NCBI GenBank assembly: GCA_963828805.1
Contig: CAWHGS010000021.1
Span: 26,974 to 90,973 of the forward strand
From: an uncultured delta proteobacterium
Lineage (GTDB): Bacteria; Desulfobacterota; BSN033; UBA1163
DNA length: 64,000 nt
Reading direction: 5' to 3'
Part shown: positions 46,554-56,395 of the stretch, piece by piece
Numbering within the stretch: the first letter of the stretch is position 1
Layout of the letters: every line of letters begins with the position of its first letter
Program-made: the position numbers and the translations under genes
Notes under the pieces: generated by a model
What the model was told of the DNA's origin: nothing
Database searches by the model: none
Seen by the model: only the letters and a program-made list of their open reading frames with translations

Positions 46554-47784
46554 ATGAAAGCTGAAATCATTGCGGTCGGTTCAGAACTCCTCTTGGGTCA
46601 AATCGTCGATACCAATTCGGCCTTTATTGCGAAGCGTCTTGCAGAGAATGGAATTGAGATGGTGAAGACACAGACGGTAGGGGATGACCTCAAACGAATG
46701 GAAGAAACGATTCGAGACTCCATGCGGCGATCCAACATCATCATCACGACGGGCGGGATCGGCCCAACAGAAGATGATCTGACCCGAGACGCCATTGCAA
46801 ATGTGACAAACGTCCTCTGACGTTTCAGCCGCATCTCATGGAGCAGATCGAAGCCATCATTCAGAGACGTGGGTTCCGTGTCGCTGAGAACAATCGAAAA
46901 CAGGCCTATATTCCCGAAGGGTGCAATCCCGATTGAAAACCCCAAAGGGACAGCCCCGGGGTTTATCGTCGAGGGCCCGACATGGGTTACCCTCACCATT
47001 CCCGGCGTCCCTTCGGAGATGGAATACCTGATGGAGAATGCGGTCATCCCCTATCTCCGTAAGCGATTCCAGTTGGAAAGACAGGTCATCCGTTATAAGG
47101 TACTAAGGGCCTGCGGGATAGGGGAGAGCGCTTTGGGTCTTCAAATCGAGGATCTCATGAAAGAGGGGAGGAACCCCTCGGTTGGAACCCTCGCCGCTAT
47201 CGGTGACATCCGGATTCGAATTACAGCCAAAGCTGAAGATCCAGGAGAAGCCGATCAACTGATCTCCGAGACCGAACAGGAGATCCGAAGCCGCCTCGGT
47301 ACTCTGATTTATGGAATCGATCAGGAAACGCTTCAGGGGAATACGCTCCGCATTCTGGAAGAACGGGGACTCAGCCTCTCTGTGATTGAAACGTTTACCG
47401 GAGGCGTTGTCTCGCAAAAGATGGCGGCCACTGGAAGCTCTTCCTTCGTCCAGGGCATGGTTCTTCCCGCCCCAGTTTCCCAAAGGAAATTTCTCGGGAT
47501 CTCCGGAGAAAGAGTTCGATCTTCTCATCCAGGACCCAACAAAGATGGCTGCCTCATTGGCCGAAAGAGCTCGGAAGACCATCGGGACAGATCTCGGATT
47601 GGCCCTGGTCGGACGGGTAACCGAGGAGCAGCCAAGAGGCGAGTTCAAAATAGAAGCCTGCAGCGTACTCTCCGCCCCGACAGGCTCTGAACAGCAGGAA
47701 TCCCCGCTCGGAGGGGAACCTCAGATGGTTCGGGAAAGGATCTCGATTCTGGGAATAGACCTTCTCAGGAAAGTTCGTGCTTAA
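46554..47784 (+). CDS. cinA: Competence/damage-inducible protein CinA (MoCF-binding + PncC-like deamidase domains), three frameshifts
   Basis: MKAEIIAVGSELLLGQIVDTNSAFIA..ITTGGIGPTEDD, then RPLTFQPHLMEQIEAIIQRRGFRV.., then IENPKGTAPGF..PGVPSEM, then a C-terminal domain in a further frame. Shifts occur at the A run 46808-10, the G run 46919-21 and ~47496-47512. Confidence 0.8.
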
Positions 47785-47843
47785 AGTAAGTTCTAAAACA
47801 TAGGGTTTACCTCGAAGTTATCTAAGGAGAAACAGGGAAGAGA

Positions 47844-48312
47844 ATGTCCCGCCAGATCATCCAGTGCCCGAAGTGCAAAGAATGAGATCGAGATCTTCAG
47901 AAATCCTATCCCCACGGTCGACATTATTATCGAGTATAGGGAAGAGGGAATCGTGTTGATAAAACGGAAAAACCCGCCCTTTGGTTGGGCCATTCCTGGA
48001 GGTTTTGTTGACTATGGTGAATCTCTGGAGAAAGCAGCCGTTCGAGAGGCAAAGGAGGAAACAAATCTTGATGTGGAGTTAGTGAGTCAGTTTCATACTT
48101 ATTCTGATCCTAATCGAGATCCGAGACATCATACGATTACAACAGCTTACATAGCAAAAAGTAAAGGAACGCCTGAGGCAAGAGATGACGCCTCGGAAAT
48201 CGGTGTTTTTACCAGAAATACCCTGCCTGAAGAGATTGCCTTCGATCACCGTCAAATACTGGAAGACTATTTTGGCCAAAAACAAAGAGTTCCAATAATC
48301 AACCCCGGATGA
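47844..48312 (+). CDS. NUDIX hydrolase with N-terminal zinc-ribbon, one frameshift at the A run 47877-47879
   Basis: [12 protein letters not shown]| then (N)[44 protein letters not shown] (Nudix box GX5EX7REUXEEXGU). Confidence 0.8.
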
Positions 48313-48388
48313 CCAAACAATTTCCAGTCTTCCGGTATTTAAAAACCAAGGAGAATTTGTTATTTGATTATTGGTGCCTGGAATTTGA

Positions 48389-49585
48389 TTATTCTAATTT
48401 CGTAAGGGCCTCCTCAATTCGGTTCAATCCCTCACGGATATCCTCCATGGAGGTAGCGTAAGAAAGCCTCTGAAAGGCGCCTGCGCCAAACTCGATTCCC
48501 GGAACTACGGCCACCCTAGCCACCTCCAGGAGAAAAGCAGCCAGGTCTGAAGAATTGACAATCTTCTTTCCCTGGTAGGACCTTCCGTGGTAGGAGGAGA
48601 AATTCGGAAAAACATAGAAGGCACCTACCGGTTTGTAACACGAGACCCCCTTCATTCCATTCAAGCGGTCCACGATATAGTTTCTCCTCTGATCAAAGGC
48701 TGACACCATCCTGTCCACCTCTTCTTGAGGTCCCAGCAGAGCCTCCACAGAGGCCTTCTGGGCAATGGAGTTTGGATTGGAAGTGCTTTGGCTTTGGATG
48801 TTAGTCATTGCGGTGACGATCTCTTCGGGCCCGGCGGTATAACCGATTCTCCATCCGGTCATGGAGTAAGTCTTTGCCACTCCATGGACAATGATCGTCC
48901 TCTTCCTGATTTCTTCGCCGAGAGAGGCAATACTCGCAAACTTGAATCCATCATAGACGATCTTTTCATAGATCTCGTCTGAAATGAGGAAGATGTTCTT
49001 TGTAACAGCGATTTCAGCAATCTTCTCCAAATCACCCTTTGTGTAAGCGCTTCCCGTTGGATTGGATGGACTGTTGAGAACGAGTGCCTTCGTCTTTGGA
49101 GTAATGGCCCTGACCAGGTCCTCTGGTTTTACCTTAAAGTCATTTTTTTCTTCGGTTTCAATCACCACGGGAATGGCATTCGCCAATTCAACGATCGCCG
49201 GATAGGAGACCCAGTAGGGGGCTGGAATGATCACTTCATCTCCTTGGTCAAAAAGCGCCTGGGCCAGATTATAGATGGCATGTTTCCCCCCGCAAGAGAT
49301 CAAAATTTCCGACCGTTTGAAGGTGAGCTGGCTATCTCTCCGAAATTTCTCAATAACGGCATCCTTTAATTCATCGATCCCTCCAGCAGCAGTATACTTG
49401 GTGAACCCACTCTCAATAGCCCTGATCGCGGCCTTTTTGATGTTATCGGGTGTGTCAAAATCGGGTTCTCCAGCCCCAAAACTAATCACATGAATACCCT
49501 GAGCTGTCATCGATTTGGCTTTGGCCGTAATGGCGAGGGTAGGGGAGGGCTTTAGGTTTCTTGCTCTGTTTGAGAGAATGGACAT
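48389..49585 (-). CDS. Aspartate/aromatic aminotransferase (class I PLP-dependent)
   Basis: 398 aa. FGAGEPDFDTP, NSPSNPTG and HGVAKTYSMTGWRIGY (PLP Lys) motifs. Confidence 0.85.
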   Translation of the reverse strand: MSILSNRARNLKPSPTLAITAKAKSMTAQGIHVISFGAGEPDFDTPDNIKKAAIRAIESGFTKYTAAGGIDELKDAVIEKFRRDSQLTFKRSEILISCGGKHAIYNLAQALFDQGDEVIIPAPYWVSYPAIVELANAIPVVIETEEKNDFKVKPEDLVRAITPKTKALVLNSPSNPTGSAYTKGDLEKIAEIAVTKNIFLISDEIYEKIVYDGFKFASIASLGEEIRKRTIIVHGVAKTYSMTGWRIGYTAGPEEIVTAMTNIQSQSTSNPNSIAQKASVEALLGPQEEVDRMVSAFDQRRNYIVDRLNGMKGVSCYKPVGAFYVFPNFSSYHGRSYQGKKIVNSSDLAAFLLEVARVAVVPGIEFGAGAFQRLSYATSMEDIREGLNRIEEALTKLE

Positions 49586-49607
49586 GGCTCTTCCTCCTTA
49601 AATTGAT

Positions 49608-50577
49608 CTACATCTTAAATAGAATATCCGAAATCCGACCGATCTTTTCCACTCCCTTGATTTCATGAGGGAACAAGGGGGTCTCAATCAATTGGATCCG
49701 ATGAGAGTATCGGTTGGTCAGTTGTTGGATGTAGGCCTGCTGCATCTCTTGCCTTTTCTTGTGAAAATCGCAATCTGCCTGTAGAATCACATTGTTAATA
49801 ATCAAATAGTTCACCTTCAGTTGATATTCATCAAAGTCGCTGATGATTCGTTCGGTCTGCTTGACCCCCAGGGCCTCTGGAATCGTCACAAGGATGAATT
49901 CGGACTTCTGTGGATCTCTGATAAAGCGGACGACCTTTTCAGCCAAATCCTCCCATCCACTGATAATTTCAAGGAGGGAGCGCTTCCCTTTCTTCAAGCG
50001 GACAGTATCCTTTAATTTTTCGAGATAACTGTAGAGATTCATGTAGAATTTGGTCGCCGCTTCAAGATGTTTCAAGAAAATCTGGGGAAGGTGAAGGAGT
50101 CTCAGGGTATGACCGGCCGGGGCTGTATCCCAAACGACCAGTTCGTACCGGCCGCTTTCGACCAACTCCAGGATATAGTTGAGCATATATTCTTCTTCAA
50201 TTCCCGGTGCGCCTCCGATGTAGTCCACAAAGTCATAATCCACAGAAGCAAACGATGAAATGACCTCATAGATCTCCGGCCCGAACCGTTCCTTCCATTT
50301 TTTTGATACCACCTCTGAACTGATTTCAATGCCATAAAGATCCTTCACCGATTCAATCGGAGTTTCCTCGATCACCGATCTCCATTTCAAAGATATCGGA
50401 GAGGGAAGGCGTTGGGTCGCTGGAGATGATCAACGTCTTTTTTCCCTGGAGGGAGAAATGGAGGGCAATGGCCGAGGCGCACGTCGTCTTTCCGACCCCG
50501 CCTTTACCGCCAATCATGATGAGCCGTTTGGCTTCCCGATCCAGGCGCTTCAACGAAGGAATCATCGCTGTCTCCAC
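49608..50577 (-). CDS. ArsA/GET3-family P-loop ATPase, one frameshift ~50370-50390
   Basis: The N-terminal piece has GGKGGVGKTTCASAIAL..ISSDPTPSLSDIF. The C-terminal piece has VVWDTAPAGHTLRLLHLP, typical of ArsA-type ATPases. Confidence 0.8.
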
Positions 50578-50582
50578 GCAAA

Positions 50583-50611
50583 TTGCATTCGGAATGATTA
50601 AACTTTATAAT
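50583..50611 (+). promoter_or_regulatory. Sigma70 promoter for the 2-oxoacid:ferredoxin oxidoreductase operon
   Basis: TTGCAT (50583-50588), 17-nt spacer, TATAAT (50606-50611). It lies in the divergent intergenic region. Confidence 0.55.
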
Positions 50612-50692
50612 GAAAAGCATGGGAAGGTCAAGATCTCGACTTGGCAAACCAAGAATAGGTTCTTAATCCTTTTAGATTTCCGGAGAACGAGA

Positions 50693-50923
50693 TTGAAGAC
50701 AGGGTATATCGAAATCGATGGGGAGTTATGCAAAGACTGCAGACTCTGTATCCACGTCTGTCCCCACCATCTGATCGTTCCTTCCCTCAGAATGAATCAG
50801 AAGGGGTACTGTCCTGTGGAGTTTAGCGAAACGCAACTTAGAAACGAGGAGCGAAAGTGCACCGGTTGCAGCCTCTGTGCAATCTCTTGCCCTGAAGTTG
50901 CGATTGAGGTCTATCGTGGCTAA
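50693..50923 (+). CDS. 4Fe-4S dicluster ferredoxin subunit (delta, OorD/KorD-like)
   Basis: [12 protein letters not shown] and [12 protein letters not shown] motifs. The TTG start at 50693 after GGAGAA is a guess; the long upstream extension of ORF 50426.. looks non-coding. Confidence 0.65.
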   Translation: MKTGYIEIDGELCKDCRLCIHVCPHHLIVPSLRMNQKGYCPVEFSETQLRNEERKCTGCSLCAISCPEVAIEVYRG

Positions 50924-51990
50924 AGTACTGATGCGGGGGAACCACATCATCGGGGAGGCCGCTGTCCTGGCAGGGTGCCGCTTTTACTTCGGTTATCCAA
51001 TCACCCCCCAGAATGAATTGCCGGAGTACATGGCTGAAAGGTTTTCAAAATTGGAGGGTGGGGTCTTTATCCAGGCCGAGAGCGAGATCGCGGCCATTAA
51101 CATGGTGATCGGAGCGAGCATGGCCGGGGGTAGGGCGATGACCTCCTCTTCAAGCCCCGGGATTAGCCTTAAGCAGGAAGGCATCTCATTTTTGGCCGCC
51201 CTCGAATTGCCTGCTGTCATCGTCAACATGACCCGTGGTAGCCCTGGGCTTGGGAATATCGCTCCCGCCCAGTCCGACTATTTTCAAGCGACTCGCGGAG
51301 GAGGGCACGGCGATTACAGGACGCTCGTCCTCGGCCCCAGTTCCGGCCAGGAACTGGCAAACCTGACCTTCGAAGCCTTCGACCTTGCGGATAAGTACAG
51401 GATCCCGGTCATCCTCCTTGGAGACGGGATGCTCGGCCAGATGATGGAGCCGGTCGAATTTCCACCTGAGATTCAAGTCAAAAGACCTGCCCCGCAAAGA
51501 CTGGGTTCTGACAGGAGCCAAAGGGAGGCCGAGCCGCTTCATCCGATCCCTTCTCCTCGATCCAATGGAGGAGGAAGAGCACAACTGGAAACTGATGCGA
51601 AAATATGAACAGATCTCAGAGGATCAGATCCGATACGAACCGTTTGCTCTCGATGACGCGAAGATGATTGTCGTTGCCTTTGGGACCGCGGCCAGGATCG
51701 CAAAAGGAGCCATCAAGCGGGTGAGAGAACAGGGGCTCAAGGTCGGCCTGATTCGGCCGATCTCTCTCTGGCCCTTCCCCTCCAAAGCCATCAAAGAGGC
51801 TGCGAAAAAGGCGACAACCTTTTTCGTTTTTGAAATGAACATGGGCCAGATGGTGGAGGATGTCAAACTGGCTCTTGAAGGAAGCGGAGAGGTCCATTTT
51901 TACGGAAGGCCGGGGGGCATCGTTCCAACCCCGCTCGAGTTATCGCGGGCGATCTCCAGCCAGTATCATCAAAAGCGATTGGACAAATAA
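50916..51990 (+). CDS. korA: 2-oxoglutarate/2-oxoacid:ferredoxin oxidoreductase alpha subunit, one frameshift ~51490-51498
   Basis: [35 protein letters not shown] in ORF 50877... It continues as [45 protein letters not shown] in ORF 51565..51990. The D-A-B-G gene order matches oorDABC. Confidence 0.85.
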
Positions 51991-52074
51991 GGTTCAGGGT
52001 GGGGTCGAGATTCAGGTTAAATAATAATCGAATCAGTTCCATCCGGCGCCCTCCCGAATGATTGGGATCAATAA

Positions 52075-52833
52075 ATGAAAAAGGTATTTTCGAGGCCCAA
52101 GAGTCTAAAAAAAGCTCCCTTTCACTATTGTCCCGGGTGTGGCCACAGTATTCTGCACCGTTTGATCGGAGAGATCATCGATGAGATGAAACTCCAGGAC
52201 AGAATCATCGGTGTTCCACCGGCCGGGTGCGCTGTTCTGGCTTACAATTACTTGGACATCGATATGGGTGAGGCGGCCCATGGAAGGGCGGCTGCCGTGG
52301 CTACAGGATTAAAGCGAGCCCTGCCGGATCGAGTCGTCTTCACCTATCAGGGGGATGGCGACATTGCTGCCATTGGGACTGCCGAGACGATCCACGCCGC
52401 AGCCCGCGGAGAAAACTTCACGACGATTTTTGTCAACAATGGAGTCTATGGAATGACAGGTGGGCAGATGGCTCCTACGACGCTTCTCGGACAGCCTTCA
52501 ACCACCTCTCCCGGCGGTAGAATGGGAAAGAGGGATGGTTACCCGATTAACCTCAGTGAGATGTTAGCGTTGGCCAAGGGAAGCGCCTACATCGAAAGAA
52601 CGGCGCTGACCAGTCCGGCGAATATCTTGAAGACGAAAAGGGCGATTGCAAAAGCCTTTCACGTCCAATTGGAAAGGCTCGGGTTCTCCCTCGTTGAGGT
52701 TCTTTCTCCTTGCCCGACCAACTGGAAAATGAACCCCGCTGAATCCTGGAAATGGATCGACGAGGTCATGGCCAAGAGTTTCCCCCTCGGGGTTCTCAAG
52801 GATGCGACTGGGGAGAAGCACGATGCTCATTAA
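52075..52833 (+). CDS. korB: 2-oxoglutarate/2-oxoacid:ferredoxin oxidoreductase beta subunit (TPP-binding)
   Basis: FHYCPGCGH and GDGDIAAIG..NNGVYGMTGGQ (TPP motif GDG..NN). Confidence 0.9.
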   Translation: MKKVFSRPKSLKKAPFHYCPGCGHSILHRLIGEIIDEMKLQDRIIGVPPAGCAVLAYNYLDIDMGEAAHGRAAAVATGLKRALPDRVVFTYQGDGDIAAIGTAETIHAAARGENFTTIFVNNGVYGMTGGQMAPTTLLGQPSTTSPGGRMGKRDGYPINLSEMLALAKGSAYIERTALTSPANILKTKRAIAKAFHVQLERLGFSLVEVLSPCPTNWKMNPAESWKWIDEVMAKSFPLGVLKDATGEKHDAH

Positions 52834-53359
52834 GACCATTTTTTCCGGATTCGGCGGCCAGGGGGTGATTATGATGGGCTATCTTCTTGCCATGGCTGGA
52901 ATGGCTGAGAAGAGAAATGTGACCTGTCTCCCTTCTTATGGAGCCGAGGTCAGGGGAGGCACAGCGAACTGCACGGTGGTCATTGCCGATGAGGAGATCG
53001 CTTCCCCGGTTGCTTCAGAACCTGAATTTGCCGTCCTGATGAACAATCCCTCCTTGTTTCGATTTCAGAACCAAATTCAATCCGGAGGCGCCCTCTTTCT
53101 CAATTCGAGCATGATCGAGTCGCGCCCCGTTCGCGGAGATCTGGAAATCTACGAAGTCCCGGCGAATGAACTCGCAAAGCAACTGAATGAGGATAAGGCG
53201 ATGAACATCGTGATGATGGGGGCTTTCATCAAAAAGTCGGGGGTGGTCTCTTTTGAAACCATGGAACAGGTTTTGAAAGAAACTTTTTCCCGGCGGAATC
53301 CGGGAATTTTGAAACTGAACAGGGCGGCTCTTTTGTTGGGTTACGATTATCTTGAATAG
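52823..53359 (+). CDS. 2-oxoacid:ferredoxin oxidoreductase gamma subunit
   Basis: Inner ATG 52823 overlaps the korB end. The N-terminus IFSGFGGQGVIMMG is typical of gamma subunits. Confidence 0.85.
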   Translation: MLIKTIFSGFGGQGVIMMGYLLAMAGMAEKRNVTCLPSYGAEVRGGTANCTVVIADEEIASPVASEPEFAVLMNNPSLFRFQNQIQSGGALFLNSSMIESRPVRGDLEIYEVPANELAKQLNEDKAMNIVMMGAFIKKSGVVSFETMEQVLKETFSRRNPGILKLNRAALLLGYDYLE

Positions 53360-53371
53360 GGGGAAGAGGGA

Positions 53372-53797
53372 ATGTCCGTCAAACAGATCTCCGTCAGCCT
53401 TGAAAACGTCCCTGGAAAGCTCTCCGAAGTCAGTGATTACTTAGAAAAGAACAGGATCAACATCATTGCCCTGAGCGTGGCCGATACCGCCGACATCAGT
53501 GCAGTGCGTTTTGTGGCCGATGCCCCTGAAAAGGCTGTCAACGTCCTCAAGACCCATGGTTACTCTGTCGCGGTAACAGACGTCCTGGCGGTTGGGACAC
53601 CCCATCACCCCGGCGGCCTCAATGCCGTCCTGAAAGCCCTCAAAGAACAGAACGTCAACGTCCTTTATCTCTACGCCTGCCTGGGTGCGGCGGAAAAGAC
53701 GATCCTCATCATTGGAGTTGACAAGATGGAAGAGGCCGTTCAGGTCTTGAGAGAGAATTGGGTCCGGATGTATGATGAAGACCTCTACGCGTTTTAG
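53372..53797 (+). CDS. ACT-domain protein (two ACT-like repeats)
   Basis: ISVSLENVPGKLSEVSDYLEKNRINIIALSVAD, plus a second similar half. The family call rests on pattern only. Confidence 0.6.
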   Translation: MSVKQISVSLENVPGKLSEVSDYLEKNRINIIALSVADTADISAVRFVADAPEKAVNVLKTHGYSVAVTDVLAVGTPHHPGGLNAVLKALKEQNVNVLYLYACLGAAEKTILIIGVDKMEEAVQVLRENWVRMYDEDLYAF

Positions 53798-53812
53798 GAT
53801 AGGGTGGTCATG

Positions 53813-54661
53813 TTAGAGGTAGCTGTGAAGTCCTGAGAGAAGATAATTAACCCCGAAATAGGTAAACATAACAGCCGCAAATCCGATGATCGAGAGGACG
53901 GCCGCCTTTCTTCCCCTCCAATCTCGTGTCAACCGAGCATGTAAGAAAGCAGCATAGATGAACCAGGTGATGAGAGACCACGTCTCTTTGGGGTCCCAGC
54001 TCCAGTAAGTTCCCCAGGCATAGTTAGCCCACGCCGCGCCGGTCACGATGCCGAGGGTCAGCATCGGAAAGCCTATCACAATCGATTTATAATTAATTTC
54101 ATCGAGGATCGGGGCGGAGGGTAACCATTTGGAAATTTCAGCGGATTCCCCTCCCTTTCGGTCACGAATCAAGTAGAGGATGCTGATCCCGAAAGAAACG
54201 GCAAAGGAAGCATATCCAAAGAAACAGGTCGTCACATGGATCGTGAGCCAGTTGCTCTGGAGCGCTGGAACCAGGGGGGTGATCTTGGCATCAATCCCGG
54301 GGATGATCGACGTAAGGGCGATGGCCAAGAAGGCGAAGGGGGTGACAAAGACGCCGATGATCCTTTGTCGATACTTGAACTCCAAAATCAGATAAAGGAG
54401 GACAATGGTCCATGAGAAGAAAATGAGGGACTCGTACATGTTGGACAAAGGAACATATCCATACCCTGTCTGGTGCGTTTCGATCCAGCGAAGCGCCAAC
54501 CCCGCGGAGTGAAGAATCAGGCCGATAGAGAGGATCACTGTCGCAAGGCTTCCGATTCCCCGATGCTGGCTGGTGACGAAGATCAGGTAACACAAGAAAC
54601 AAACGAGGTAGATCCCCATCGAAAAATTGAAAAGGAGCTGACTGGAAAGGGGAGACGTCAT
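53813..54661 (-). CDS. ccsA: Cytochrome c biogenesis protein CcsA (system II haem handling)
   Basis: Polytopic membrane protein with the Trp-rich motif [23 protein letters not shown]. Confidence 0.85.
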   Translation of the reverse strand: MTSPLSSQLLFNFSMGIYLVCFLCYLIFVTSQHRGIGSLATVILSIGLILHSAGLALRWIETHQTGYGYVPLSNMYESLIFFSWTIVLLYLILEFKYRQRIIGVFVTPFAFLAIALTSIIPGIDAKITPLVPALQSNWLTIHVTTCFFGYASFAVSFGISILYLIRDRKGGESAEISKWLPSAPILDEINYKSIVIGFPMLTLGIVTGAAWANYAWGTYWSWDPKETWSLITWFIYAAFLHARLTRDWRGRKAAVLSIIGFAAVMFTYFGVNYLLSGLHSYL

Positions 54662-54687
54662 GGGTTACTCCACAAGAAAATCATTCA

Positions 54688-54716
54688 AGAATAACCGACG
54701 AGAAAGGTGTTGTCAA
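54688..54716 (-). promoter_or_regulatory. Candidate sigma70 promoter for ccsA
   Basis: The minus strand reads TTGACA (54716-54711), 17-nt spacer, TATTCT (54693-54688). A GGAG RBS precedes ATG 54661. Confidence 0.45.
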
Positions 54717-55000
54717 TTTCTCTCGGTCATTTTTTTGAGAGAAGTGGGACCGGAGAGAGGGGACGAGATTGAAGAAACCCAGATATTGTAGAAAACCTAA
54801 CCATGCGGACAGGGGTGAACCGGTCGGAAAGGATCAGGGCGAACCTAGCGAGGGAGCAGTCCCGTCCCAGACCCCTGCGGGAGTTCACTGTGGGTGACAC
54901 CCTCCTCCCTAAAATGTCAATTTGACCGCCGTCTGAAGCCTTGAAGAGCGGTTACCCATGGCCGTTTTTGCACCCATTAAAAGGCGGGGAAAGAGAGGCT

Positions 55001-56134
55001 TCAGTGGGAGAAACAGGTCGTTTTTAACTGATCTCTATCCTGCAGGACCTCCTTCATTTCTTTCAATGAGAAGAGGAAGGCGGAAACGAGGTTAGGATCA
55101 AATTGCTTGCCCGCCCATTTCAATAGTTCCTTTTTGGCCTCCTCCCGCGTCAGGGGTTTACGATACGGGCGATTCGACGTCATGCTGTCATAGGAATCAG
55201 CGACGGCAATGATCCTTGCCCCGAGAGGAATCTGGTTTCCCCTCAATCCCTCAGGGTAACCGTTCCCGTCGAAGTGCTCATGATGGTGCTCAATATACGA
55301 GACAAGCGTGGGAGAAAGGTTGAGGGGGGATAGAAGCTCAATCGCTTTTCGGGTGTGCTGTTTGATGATGGCCCAGTCGGTGTCTGTGAGGGCGCCCTTC
55401 TTATTGATGAAGCGGTTGCTGATTCCAATCTTCCCGATGTCGTGGAGATAGGAGGCAATTTGGAGCTCGGTCCGATCTTTCGGGGGAAGGGAAATCTTTC
55501 TTGAAATGAGGTCGGAATAATGGCAGACTCGCTCAGAGTGGCCTGACGTATAGGGATCTTTTTCTTCAAGCGTGAAGGATAAGACTTTTGAAAATTCGAG
55601 ACAGGTCTGATGGTCTGAAACACCCAGGTCATTCAGATGGGACGAAACCAGGTCCTCTCTTCCGGGAAGGAAGAAGCCGTTTGAATTCATTTGAGAAGAA
55701 TGGGAAGGGGTTTGCGAAAAGGACTGTCTCAGAAAGCTTCTTGCCTTTAGCTGGAGTTTTCTCCGCTGCAGGGCTTTCTCAATGATGCCTGTGATCTCCT
55801 TGACATTAAAGGGCTTTGATATAAAATCGAAAACCGCGTGACGGATGGCTTCAATGGCGCTCTGTAAGGTTCCAAATCCGGTGATGATGATGACCATCAC
55901 ATCGGGATCGATCACCCGGATCTGTTTCAACGTTTCAATACCGGACATGCCCGGCATCCTAAGATCCAAGGTAATGACATCCACCTCGATTTCCCCGAGG
56001 AGTTGGAGGGCTGAAGAACCATCTTCAGCAGAGTAAACGTTATAATTGGGTTTCAGAATCATTCGGAGCGATTCTCTCGGACCGATTTCATCGTCAACAA
56101 TTAGCACGTTCGGCAAATGGGAATTGATATCCAT
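55001..56134 (-). CDS. Response regulator with HD-GYP c-di-GMP phosphodiesterase output domain
   Basis: REC domain (VLIVDDE..DVITLDLRMPGMSG..) plus HD-GYP (YLHDIGKIG, HHEHFDGNGYPEGL). Confidence 0.85.
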   Translation of the reverse strand: MDINSHLPNVLIVDDEIGPRESLRMILKPNYNVYSAEDGSSALQLLGEIEVDVITLDLRMPGMSGIETLKQIRVIDPDVMVIIITGFGTLQSAIEAIRHAVFDFISKPFNVKEITGIIEKALQRRKLQLKARSFLRQSFSQTPSHSSQMNSNGFFLPGREDLVSSHLNDLGVSDHQTCLEFSKVLSFTLEEKDPYTSGHSERVCHYSDLISRKISLPPKDRTELQIASYLHDIGKIGISNRFINKKGALTDTDWAIIKQHTRKAIELLSPLNLSPTLVSYIEHHHEHFDGNGYPEGLRGNQIPLGARIIAVADSYDSMTSNRPYRKPLTREEAKKELLKWAGKQFDPNLVSAFLFSLKEMKEVLQDRDQLKTTCFSH

Positions 56135-56178
56135 TGATCCCTCTCTCAGTTCGATGAAGTTACGAATAGATTTATTAA

Positions 56179-56194
56179 AGCAAGAAATTTGCCA
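56179..56194 (-). promoter_or_regulatory. Candidate sigma54 (-24/-12) promoter for the HD-GYP response-regulator gene
   Basis: The minus strand reads TGGCAAATTTCTTGCT (TGGCA-N7-TTGCT, exact consensus spacing). The -12 element lies ~45 nt upstream of ATG 56134, directly downstream of an NtrC-type activator gene. Confidence 0.55.
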
Positions 56195-56395
56195 GATGGA
56201 GTAAAAAGGCCTAACATATCTTTAATTACCTGAAATTAAAGGATATAATTTGTTGGAGGGTCAGATCTCTCCAAGTATCGAAAGGCAGAATCCTTGCCAA
56301 AGGATGAGCCGTCACGGTCCTCAATAACACGTAACTCTTTATAATTTAAGAGTAAAATCGAATTTACCCAAATTGGACAGGGCTTGACAAAACTG

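Noticed and set aside
50426-50692. Long N-terminal extension of the ferredoxin ORF (165 aa from 50426)
   Set aside because: The extension is antisense to the ArsA-like gene start and runs across the TTGCAT-17-TATAAT promoter. Only the last ~76 codons carry the two CxxCxxCxxxCP motifs.
54800-54900. SRP (4.5S) RNA or a c-di-GMP riboswitch, suggested by CCGGTC-GGAA-AGGATCAGGGC and CAGGGCGAACC
   Set aside because: The conserved cores are absent (GGAAGCAGCC symmetric loop for SRP, ACGCAAAGCC-type segment for GEMM-I). The flanks do not fold into the required long helix. On the + strand there is no downstream gene to regulate.
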